Assembly (NCBI RefSeq): GCF_006345805.1
Contig: NC_043016.1
Coordinates: 29,512,001 to 29,576,000 of the forward strand
Direction of reading: 5' to 3'
Origin: Octopus sinensis
Lineage: Eukaryota
Length of the DNA: 64,000 nt
The translations under genes and the position numbers were made by a program. A model generated the notes under the pieces. The model was not told the origin of the DNA. It made no database searches and was given only the letters and a program-made list of their open reading frames with translations. This document shows positions 1 to 12,307 of this stretch, piece after piece. How positions within the stretch are numbered: position 1 is the stretch's first letter; every line of letters begins with the position of its first letter.

Positions 1-376
1 CTAACCAACCACATGGTTCCGGGTTCAGTCCCACTGCGTGGTACCTTGGGCAAGTGTCTTCTGCTATAGCCTCGGGCCGACCAAAGCCTTGTGAGTGGAT
101 TTGGTAGACGGAAACTGAAAGAAGCCTGTCGTATATATGTATATATATATATGTATGTGTGTTTGTTTGTGTGTCTGTGTTTGTCCCCCTAGCATTGCTT
201 GACAACCGATGCTGGTGTGTTTACGTCCCCGTCACTTAGCGGTTCGGCAAAAGAGACTGATAGAATAAGTACTGGGCTTACAAAAGAATAAGTCCCGGGG
301 TCGAGTTGCTCGATTAAAGGCGGTGCTCCAGCATGGCCACAGTCAAATGACTGAAACAAGTAAAAGAGTAAAGAGT
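1..376 (+). mobile_element. tRNA-derived SINE family A (cut by window edge), with internal (TA)/(TG) tract
   Basis: B box GGTTCAGTCCC, CORE-like CCTTGGGCAAGTGTCTT, tail ending (GTAAAAGA)n; many near-identical copies in the window. Confidence 0.85.
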
Positions 377-561
377 ATATGGACCTCTAAGGTCATGTGT
401 GGATGTCCAGAATCCTAATGTGATGCCGTACAGGAGACATGAATGCTTAGAACAACAGATATGTGAATTGGTTCCTGGTCTTTGGACTGACGAGTCTGTG
501 TGTTATTGTCTCCTTTGTCTTGGGCTTTTAGCATTTAAACTTGCCCAAATATGGGGAGACC

Positions 562-891
562 TCCTTCGGTCATGAATGACCATGGGATTGCACCTAGTGA
601 GTTACCCCCTGAGGTACAAGTTCGGGCAAGGTGGTTTATGGATGACCAGCAGTCACCCATGCATACCAGTGTCCCCTCTCCGCACCATCAATGTTATCCA
701 AGGGAAAGGCAAAGGCCGATACAGCTTGGCACCAGTGATGTCGCAACTCATTTCTATAGCTGAGTTAACTGGAGCAACGTGAGATAAAGTGTCTTGCTCA
801 AGAACACAACACGCAGCCCGGTCCGGGAATTGAACTCACAACCTCAGAATCGTAAGCTTGACGCTCTAACCACTGAGCCATGCACCTTCAC
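562..891 (-). mobile_element. tRNA-derived SINE family C
   Basis: Minus-strand A box TGGCTCAGTGG and B box GAGTTCAATTCC; second copy at 43966-44300; same head with another tail at 9900-10150. Confidence 0.8.
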
Positions 892-1212
892 AAACCGGCC
901 CTAATATTGTATTTGTTTCATGGCAAACTGGCCAGACCTGGCATTGCACACCTACCCTAAAATGTCATTCTAAAAATAAAGAATCACATCATTGAAATCT
1001 TGAAGATTTGAGAAAAGCCATGCTTAATTAAAAAGTATGTGAATAAATAAGCATTACATTTGATTGAGCAATCTGAGTTCTAAAGGGTTAAGGGTTTTGG
1101 TAGCTTTCTAAACAACTATGATATCTATAAACATTTAATTTTTGTTTAAACTGTTTTAGGTTTGGTTTTGAAATAATCTAATTTAAACAAATGTTGCTTT
1201 TACTGTTTTCAG

Positions 1213-1248
1213 GGTTTTCGCGGTGGAAGTCTGAAAGCTTGCGCAGAA
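1213..1248 (+). CDS. GSTCD: GSTCD exon (36-nt, [12 protein letters not shown])
   Basis: ttttcag|GGT...GAA|gtaagt; matches the conserved LKACAE motif; phase 0/0. Confidence 0.85.
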
Positions 1249-3404
1249 GTAAGTATAGTAATTCACAATGAATGAAAACATATGTGTATGTGCACTAACA
1301 CACACACATATGCACTCACACATACACACACTCACACACACGTATATGCACACACTCACGCACATACACACACACATTCACACATACACACACAAGCACA
1401 AAGATACACACACTCACACTTAGACTCATACATATACTCACATACATACACACTCATACATAGATTCATACATACACTCATGCACATACACACATGCACA
1501 CACACACGTACATGCACACACTCACACACATACACACACACATTCACACACACATTCACACATAGACTCATACACACACTCACACACAGATACACACACA
1601 AACACACAGATTCATACATACACTCACACACACTTTATTTGGAGATTTTGTTCTGGTAGATGGGTTGTCTATGCTGCTGTGGTTTGTTGAATCAATAGTT
1701 CCTCTATTCGTACCTATACATACATATGCACACTCATTAACACACACACACACACACATCAGACTGTTTGTCTTTTTGTCTCATATACTTCCAAGCAAAC
1801 ATTTCCTGTTGTTATTCTCTATTTTCTTACTCTTTTTACTAACAAATTTGCTAGACATCTCTTATTCTCCCTTCCTCTAATCTTTATTCTCTCTCTTTTT
1901 CTTGTCTTTCCACCTCTTCCTTTCTTTTTCCTCTTTCTCTTCCTTTATTATTTCTTTTTTCTATTTTTTTTTATTTTACATTGTATATCATGCTTTTTCT
2001 TATCATTATAACTGAGGAATTACAACCATGTTTCGTGGTCTGCTACCACAACAGCTCCTTTATAAGATCCAGTTAGCTCAAGACATCATCAGGAGGAGCC
2101 ATGTCCGGTTTTGGCGCCTTCTCCTCTAACGTTTTGACATGGCAGCCCCCCACCTTTCAGAGGTGTCTTCAGCTCTGGTTTTGGGTGCATGTCTCCTTTC
2201 TTCTTCTTTCTTCTGTTCCATGACCTCTTCGATGTAGCGTCAATGAGTGTCAGCGGGTGACTGACTGCCTTGTCAAATTTTTTTTCCCTTTGAATACCTG
2301 CTGCTAGGCTCCAGCAGGCAGCCCCAGCAAGTTGTCACGTGACACTGTCTCAACTTTAACTGACCAATGAAGGTGCATAGTCTTAGCCCAAGCTTCAAAT
2401 TAAATTAAATTTTTACCTGGAAGTTTTTTAATCTTTCAATATATGAATGTTGTTTTGATCAAATTTGTAACATCCATATAGACTTGTGCATCATACCAGT
2501 AACATTCATATCCTATATAAACTTGTATGTCTTTCTGGGTAGATTTGTACCCTGTATAAGCTTGGGTGTCATACTGGGCACATTTATACCCTGTATAAAT
2601 TTATGTTATAATGGGTACATTTATAACCTGTATAAACTTGTACTCTTATCAGTTTTTATTCAGAATTTCTATTCTGCTTAGGCTGTGAGCTGGCAGAAAC
2701 GTTAGCACGCTGGGCGAAATGCTTAACGGTATTTTGTCTGTCTTTATGTTCTGAGTTCAAATTCCGCCGAAGTCGACTTTGCCTTTCATCCTTTTGGGGT
2801 TGATAAATTAAGCACCAGTTGCGTACTGGCATTGATCTAATCAACTAGCCTCCTCCCCTAAAATTTTGGGCCTTGTACCCAGAGTAGAAAAGAATTTCTG
2901 TTCTGCTGGAAAGGTTAATTCTATTTGTGCATTCATTATTTTTGTGGGGTTTTTTAATGCTGGATGACTTTCCTTTTTGTATGCACACATACACGCACCT
3001 CTGCCAGCAACAAAATTGAGGGTCAGCTTAGATGGTACTTGTGTATGAAGTGCAATGCTGTATAGTGGCAAGACATGGGCAAGAATGTGTAAAAAGCTAG
3101 AAAGAAATGAGGGTAGTATGCTCCATTGGATGTGTGACAACAGTGGCTATGGTTAATAGATGAAACAAAATGTGTGTGTGTGTGACAATGGAATAGGTAT
3201 GGCTGTGTTGTAAGAAGTTTGCTTTCCAACATATAGTTCTGATTCAGTTCCACGGCATGGTATCTTCGGCAAGTGTCTTTCTACTATTGTTTCAAAGTGA
3301 CCAAAACTCTTGTGAGTGGATTTTATAGATGGAAACTGATAAAAGCTTGTGCTTTGTGTATATGCATATATATATATATATGCATATATATATATATTAT
3401 ATAT

Positions 3405-3457
<53 letters not shown>

Positions 3458-3651
3458 GTATATATATGTATATATATATATGTATATATATGTATATGTA
3501 TGTATGTATATATATGTATATGTATGTATATGTATATATATGTATATGTATATATATGTATATGTATATATATGTATATGTATATATATGTATATATATG
3601 TATATGTATATGTATGTATGTATATGTATATATATATATGTATATGTATAT

Positions 3652-3697
<46 letters not shown>

Positions 3698-3698
3698 G

Positions 3699-3734
<36 letters not shown>

Positions 3735-3900
3735 TGTATATCATCATCATCGTTTAACGTCCGCTTTCCATGCTAGCATGGGTTGATATATATATATATA
3801 TATGTATATTATATGTATATATATATATATATTATATATATATATATATATGTATATCATCATCATCGTTTAACGTCCGCTTTCCATGCTAGCATGGGTT

Positions 3901-3935
<35 letters not shown>

Positions 3936-4562
3936 GTATCTATGTGTATGTGTATCTTTGTTATTTCTGATTGTCCTCCACCACCACTAGGCAATCAGCT
4001 TCACTTTGTTAAGTACAAGACTCATAAAAATAAATAACTTTTGGGATCAAGTCGTCTGACTAAGACCTTTCAAGGCAGTTACCCAGTCATGGCAGCAGCC
4101 TGATAACAGGCAAATTAGATAAAAGATGTATTTTAGTGAAGTGAATACATATTTATTTAATTCATGTTCAAACAAGACACTGTGATTATCATAAATGAGC
4201 AACAGGATTGTTGATCACCTGGACTTAAAAGTTCAGGTTTTAATATATTGTATTATGTACGTTATGTACTGCACCACCTGGCCAAGATACATATCTATGC
4301 TTGTCCTACTTCAATTATCTAAAGAAGAGGTAGAAAATGTTTAAAAAAAAAAACAAAAAGCAAAAGAAAAATCTTTTATCTTTTACATGTATCAGTCATC
4401 TGACTGTGGCCATGCTGGAGCATCACTTTGAAGAATTTCAGTTGAACAAATTGACCTCCAGTTCTTTTGTTTTTAAACCTGGTACATATTTTAAGTTACG
4501 AGGATGTAAACAAACCAACACCAGTTGTTAAGCAGTTATGGTGGCGGTCAGGGGAAACACAG

Positions 4563-4593
<31 letters not shown>

Positions 4594-4819
4594 ATGGGAT
4601 TCTTTTAGTGTCTGTTTACTAAATCCTCTCACAAGACTTTGGTCAGCTTGAGGTTATAGTAGAAGACACTTGCCCAAGGTAGCACACAGTGGGACTGAAC
4701 CAAGAACCATGTGGTTGGGAATTTAACTTCATTCACACTTAAATTATTTTACAGTAAGAAGAGCTACGAGTTTTTAAAACAATTGCTTTAACAAATAAAT
4801 CAGCCAACCACTTCTAAAA

Positions 4820-4863
<44 letters not shown>

Positions 4864-5094
4864 ATGTTAGTGTGTATACCCCCCTTCCCCCACACATATA
4901 TATATACACATACATACATACATACATGTACACACACACACACACATAAAAAAGGGGTATATACATATATACATAACCCATGCTTGCATGGAAAGCAGAT
5001 GTTAAATGATGATGATGATGATGATGATGATGATAATGATGATAAATATTTAAGACTTGTCTCTCCTGGATTGTCTTTTTGTGGTCATTGCTTT

Positions 5095-5128
<34 letters not shown>

Positions 5129-5706
5129 ATATAAAATACAAAGAAATGGATCAATAATATACATTTATAATGCTGAGTCAGATACTGTAAATTTAGCCCA
5201 AAGTCAGCCCTGAGCCAGTAGAGTTACAATCCAGTAGAGTTACAAGATGTCCCAGTTGTGACCATTCCATCTTTTATTCAGACATAGTGTATCTAGGACT
5301 ACATGATATAATGTACAATATAGTAGTTAGTATTAGTGGCTATTGTTGATATACAATATAATAGTTAGTATTATTGGCTGTGTTAGGATTACATTATCTT
5401 GTTGAGAAACCAGTTTCACCAATATTTGAATAGAGAAAAAAAAAGAAAGGGTTTATGTACCTTCATTAAGATGGAGTCTTTCTGCCAGAGACACAATCAA
5501 CACGAGGCTATGTCTGTTGATGTTTGCTGTGCGTGCGTGCATGTTCTGGTTGACTTTGCCTTTCATCCTTTCAGGGTTGATAACATAAGTACCAGTTGAA
5601 TGTTGGGGTTGATGTAATCACCTCATCCTCTTCTCACCAAAAATTGCTGCCCTTGTGGCAAAATTTGAAACCATCATTTTTGTTGTTGATTTTGTCTTTT
5701 TTATTA

Positions 5707-5762
<56 letters not shown>

Positions 5763-6929
5763 TATTATTTATTATTATTATTATTATTATTATCATCTCC
5801 TTCTTCTAGGTGTCCAGTTGGACAAAACTGTGTGAATTAGAATTTCCTGAAGCGATAATGTCAGTAATTACTCAAGGGAGGTAAGAATAATTTATGGATT
5901 ATTGAAAGCCGACATGAAAATGGTGATGTCCCTCACTTACCTGTCCATTTTTGTTTTTCTTACAATGAAATTCCAATGGACCATTTGACTCAAGTGACAC
6001 CTCTTATTTTCAATGTTGTTTTCAAGTTCTTTCATTAAATGAATTTAAATTCATGGCACCAGCATTGGTGTGGTTTTTCAGTCCCCTGCAAAACAAAAGA
6101 GTCTTTTCTGCTCTTCATTTTCTCCGTGTGATACCAATGTGACTAAGATGGTGAATAGAAAAAAGAGTGATAACCTAACAGGTGCAGGAAGAGAGTAAAT
6201 AGGAGTATGAAAAGTGAAAACAGTACTGAAAGCAAGAGGATAGTAGGAGAGGGAGTAATGGAAGAGACACAGTGATAGGCAGTTACATGTTGGTTATTGG
6301 TAAAGTTGTTGAATACAAAAACAATGTGGATGACATGATGGAATGGTAATAAAGGAGAGTGATAAAAAAAAGGGGCATGAGAATGGGAGTAGTAAATGTA
6401 GGGAATACATGAAGTGGACGAGAGAATGATGATTAGTGGTGCTGAATATTGGTCATAACAGATGCCATTCCTTGTTACACAGGTATCATGATGGAAGAAA
6501 GGTAAAGTGATAGATGGTGATGATGGAAGACAAAGTGACAACAAAGTTACAGTGACATAAACATGCCAACACCAGTTGTCAAGCAGTGGTGAGCGACAAA
6601 TATGGACACAAAGACACATACACAGATATATACATGATGGACTTCTTTCAGTTTCCATCTACCAAATCCACTCACAGGTAACATAAAAAAGTGGACAGAA
6701 GGGTAAATGATAGATGAGACAATAAGAAATGAGTCAGTAAAATTTTAACAGAGAGTGAACTGAAGCAACACAAAATAAAATGTCTTGCTCAAGGACACAA
6801 CACACAGCCTGGTCCGAGGATTGAACTCACTACCTCATGATTGTGAGTCTGACACTCTAACCACTGACCCATGTGTCTTTATATATATGTGTGTGTGTGT
6901 GTGTGTATACATATATATATATATGTGTG

Positions 6930-6975
<46 letters not shown>

Positions 6976-7057
6976 CATCATCATGTATATATATTATATA
7001 TATATATATACATATATTTACACACACACACACACACATAATATATTATATATATAT

Positions 7058-7099
<42 letters not shown>

Positions 7100-9414
7100 C
7101 ATACACACACGCATATACATATATATATATCTTTTCCTTGTTTCAGTCATTAGATTGCAGCCATACTGGGATGAACGAATTGATCCCAGCACTTATTCTC
7201 TTGCTAAGCCTGGTACTTATTCTGTCAGTCTCTTGTTGCCAAACAGCAAAGTTACGGGGACATAAACACACCAACACCAGTTGTCAAGCAGTGGCGGTGA
7301 CAAACATGAACACAAAGACACATACAAACATAGATATAAATGATGGGCTTCTTTCAGTTTCCATCTACCAAATCCACTCGCAAGGTTTGGTCAGCCTGAT
7401 TAAAGTATATCATTATTGAATTGTGTCATGGTGGTTGCAATGGACAGTGCTGAGTTGTCAAACATTTAAACCGAATTTTCTCAAAACAACTTGTTCGACC
7501 GTCCCATAGGCCTCCCCTTTGAGAAACACTGATTTAACCTAAATTTGAGACACTAGCAAAAGAAGAAATAAAGATAGACTTTTTTCTATTCCAAAGAAAA
7601 ACGATTTTATTCACACAAATATGCAACCGAAGTGTTTAAAGTACCAGTAATAATAAGGCTGTTGACTGGGAGAACACAAACATGGTTTAAACAGTAAGCT
7701 TGGCAGGAAAGAAATGTGCCTTTAAGAAGAACAAAAACAACTAGAAATGGAAAGTGCAGTTATGTACAGGTTGATGGAAGAAAAGCAGGACAAAAATGGC
7801 TATATCAATCGCATTCTCACCTGGAATCGATTTTTGTAATCTTTACAAGACTTATACACGCCCTGATACCGTCGGTATCTACATTTGTTTTCTATTCCAA
7901 AGAAAAACGATTTTATTCACACAAATATGCAACCGAAGTGTTTAAAGTACCAGTAATAATAAGGCTGTTGACTGGGAGAACACAAACATGGTTTAAATAG
8001 TAAGCTTGGCAGGAAAGAAATGTGCCTTTAAGCAGTACAAAAGCAACTAAAAATGAAAGGTGCAGTTATGTACAGGTTGATGGAAGAAAATCAGGACCAA
8101 AATGATGCATGCAAATGGGTTAGCTGGAGGTAAATCTAGATGGAAAAGCATGATGAATTTATGAGAACGTACCTGGGACAATAATAAGTTTATCTGATAA
8201 AACATGTAGGAAATCAACTTGGGGCGATTTTTGATGAAAAGCAACAACCTAGGGAACTAAGTAACTAATTTTATTATTTCAAGCCAGCTGGCTTTTTTTT
8301 GCGCAAACTGTACGTGCATTTTTCTTGTGCACACGAAGTATCGATCACAACAGCTGATGTACTCGTGCGTACAAATGCACATTCCCAAGGCTTTATCAAT
8401 CGCATTCTCACCTGGAATCGATTTTTGTAATTTTTTAAAGACTTATACGCGCTCTGATACTGTTGGTATCTACATATCAAATTTGAGCACAATCGGATGG
8501 AGGATGCCTGAGATCCTAGAAGACACACACACAGACAGACAGAACGGATTTTATATAATAGATATATATACACACATACATATATAGGGAGAATTCACAA
8601 AAACAAAACAAAAGACAATGACAGGTGGTGTAGACAACATAAATATATTATCTGTCGATAGGGGTGTCTTTGAGCCTGCACTTGTCCCCTCTACCCAGTA
8701 CTTGGAGGCTTGTGTTGGTGTTTTTACGTCTAGGTAACTTAGCGGTTCAGCTAAAGTGACCAATAAAATAACTACAGGAGTCGATTCATTTGACTAAATA
8801 TTCTTCAAGGCGGTGTCCCAGCATGGCCACAGCCTAATGGCTGAGCCAAATAAAGGATAAAAGATATAAAACTCTACCATGGTATCGAGTACTCTTTTTT
8901 TCTGATAGTTAATGCTAAACATATACATACTTACATGCCTAGATGTACACACACATTTGGTGTGTACGCTTTTGTGTGTGTGTGTGTGTGTTTGTATCAA
9001 ATGGTCAGACAGCAAGCTGCTCTGCTATTTAGTTTTACTAAACACAGTATTGATCCCGTGCCAGATATCACTGGGATCAATATAGCCATGAGAGACAAGT
9101 GAATCATTGTTAAGTTGTGTACCTTTAAGCATGTAACTTATTTCCATTTTTTATTCATGTAAGTTATATGCTATATACAATTGAGGCAGTATCTAATAGA
9201 AAAATTACTGTCCTTATATCATACCCAATGTATATACACAGTTGATAAGACAGTTATTGTGGTATTTGTCCTAAGATAACATCTCTTTATGGACTTGTCT
9301 CTCTCTGATATTTATTGTTTTTAACACGGCAAGTACATCAGAGATGTTATCTCAGGTCAGATACTGTGATAGCTGGCCTATCGACAGTGTATATTCATTA
9401 AGTATGGAACATGG

Positions 9415-9449
<35 letters not shown>

Positions 9450-10174
9450 AATAGAAATATTAAAATAACTAAGTCTCTCTAAAAGAGAACAGCGGCAGCG
9501 TTCCCGGAAAATAATAGTTATCGCCATACTAATATGGCATTCTTATAAAAATAAGAAAAAAGCTGTCCGCTTATTAGCTCCATGAGGCCATCGCCTTAAG
9601 TTAGCTATTTGATACACAAACTGTATCCATATAACCTTCGAACAAGGGAGGTCAGTCGCTCCACACTACTTGACCGGCAGCTACAGACACGTTTCGGGGT
9701 ATTGCCCCTTTTCAATGCAGCGTAGCCAGCCAGTAGGTTATATGGATACAGTTTGTGTATCAAATAGCTAACTTAAGGCGATGGCCTCATGGAGCTAATA
9801 AGCGGACAGCTTTTTTCTTATTTTTATAAGAATGCCATATTAGTATGGCGATAACTATTATATATATACACACACACACACATATATAAAATAAAAACTA
9901 AATGTGCCCTTTTAAAGCCTAGCCAGGCTCATGGGCCCGGTTTCCCCGTTTCAATGGCGTATGTGTTCTCCGGCTGGATGGAACGCCAGTCCATCACAGC
10001 GTTACTCATTTTTGCCAGCTGAGTGAACTGGAGCAACGTGAAATGAAGTGTTTTGTTCAAGATCACAACACGTCACCCGGTCCAGGAATCAAAACCACAA
10101 TCTTATGATCATGATGCTGACACCTTAACCACTAAGCCACACGCCTCCGCTATATATATATACATGTATATAAG

Positions 10175-10255
<81 letters not shown>

Positions 10256-10670
10256 TGTGGCTGTGTGGTAAGGAGCTTGCTTCCCATCTACATGCTTCTG
10301 GGTTCAGTCCCACTGCGTGGTACCTTGGTCAAGTGTCTTCTACTATAGCCTCAGGTTGACCAAAGTCTTGTGAGTAGATATGGTAGACCGAAACTGAAAG
10401 AAGCCCATTGTGGTATCTATCTATATATATAAATATATATTTATGTATGTGTGTCTTTGTGTCTGTGTTTGTCGCCTCACCATTGCTTGGCAACTGATGT
10501 TGGTGTGTTTATCTCTCTGTAACTTAGCAGTTTGGCAAAGGAGACTGATAGAATAAGTACTAGGCTTATAAAGAATATATCCTGGTGTCGACTTCTTCAA
10601 CCAAAAGCCTTTAAGATGATGCTCCAACATGGCCACAATCAAATGACTGAAATATCTAAAAGAATAAAAG

Positions 10671-10719
<49 letters not shown>

Positions 10720-12276
10720 ATATGTATGTGTAGCACATGGTTTTTAGGTTCAGTCTCACTGCGTTGAACCTTGGGCAAGTTTCTTCTACTATAGCCTCAG
10801 ACCGACTGAAGCCTTGTGATTGAATTTGGTAGGTGGAAGTTTCTGTTGTGTGTGTACATGTGTAAGTGCTTCTGCTTCCTAACAGGGAGGAGAGGAATAA
10901 AAAATATGTTTGTATGTATATGTGTATGTGTGTTTGTTGTGTTTTTTCCCCACAACATAAATTAACAACAGGTGTTGGTGTGTTTATGTCCTCATAACTT
11001 AGCACTTTGGCAAAAGAGATTGATAGAATAAGCATCAGGCTTAAAAAAAAGAACTAAAATTCTTTGAGACAGTGCCCCAGCATGGCCACAGTCTGTATAT
11101 AAATATATACAGGGGTTGGACAAAATAATGGAAACACTTTAAAATTTCAAACAAATTTATTTTAATATGGAGTAGGACTGCCTTTGGCAGTAATTACAGC
11201 TTGACTTCTATGAGTTATGGACTCATAAAAAGTTTGAATTGTTTCCAAAGGCATTTTTGTCCATTCTTCAGCTAAAACAGTCTCCATTTCTTGTAGCGAT
11301 GATGGTGGAGGATATCAACTCCTTACTTGTTTTTCTAAAATGCATCATAAATGTTAAATAATATTGAGATCTGAGGACTGTGGTGGCCAGATAAGATGTT
11401 CAACTTCACTAGAATATTCCTCGTGCCATTTAGTAACAACTTAAGTTGTGTGAATTGGTGCATTATTATCCTGAAAGATTGTGTTTCCCTCTGGAAATAG
11501 TTCTGCAACCATAAGATGAATTTGATCAGATAAAATACTTATTTTATCTGATCAATTGACTATTAATTCTGCCATGAAGGGAAACCATTGGGTCAGTGGA
11601 TTTTCGAGATATAGCCCCCAGATCATCACAGATCCTCCTCCATATTTAACAGTTAGTTGGAAGAAGGCAGTGTGTCATGTGCTTCTTTTGGCTGTCTCCA
11701 CACGTATACTTGGCCGGTGGTTGGAAATAAGCTAAAGGATGACTCGTCTGAGAAAATAACATTCTTCCACTGCTCTAGGGATTAATTCTGTAGGTTTTTA
11801 CTCCACTCTAAACGCTTTGCAACGTTTGTTTTTGAAAGTAGTGGTTTTCTGATTGTAGTCCTCCTGTGAAATCTGGCTTTGTGCATCTCCTGGTGAACAG
11901 TTTTTGTGGAAATTGGGTTCTTGAGGTGGTCATTAAGCTCTGTAATTTTAGGAGCTGCACTTTGGTGATCCTTTCTAACAATTTGTGTTAGAGTTCGATG
12001 GATCTGAAAGTTTTGGTTTTCATCCGGAGTTTTGTTTTGATGAGAAGGTTTTTCCCTCTTTCTCAAAGGGTGTCATTACTTTCAAGACAGTACTTCTTGA
12101 TGCACTAAACATTTCAGCTGTTTTCTTTATGCTAGTACCTGCCATACGAGCACCAACAATTTGACCTCTTTGAAAGTCCAATAGATCTGTCCTTTTAATG
12201 AATTTTAATTACCTTTTTCTGATGAAGCAATGTGATTGGATCTAGTAGTAGGCAGAAACTGAAAGAAACCCTATCA

Positions 12277-12307
<31 letters not shown>

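Noticed and set aside
2020-2062. Hammerhead-like GUGGU..ACCAC GAAAC on the minus strand
   Set aside because: Core reduced to CUGUU and stem I unconvincing.
5399-5599. ORF as an additional GSTCD exon
   Set aside because: 1213-1248 joins 5810 in frame to give the continuous [10 protein letters not shown] motif, and this ORF runs into a SINE.
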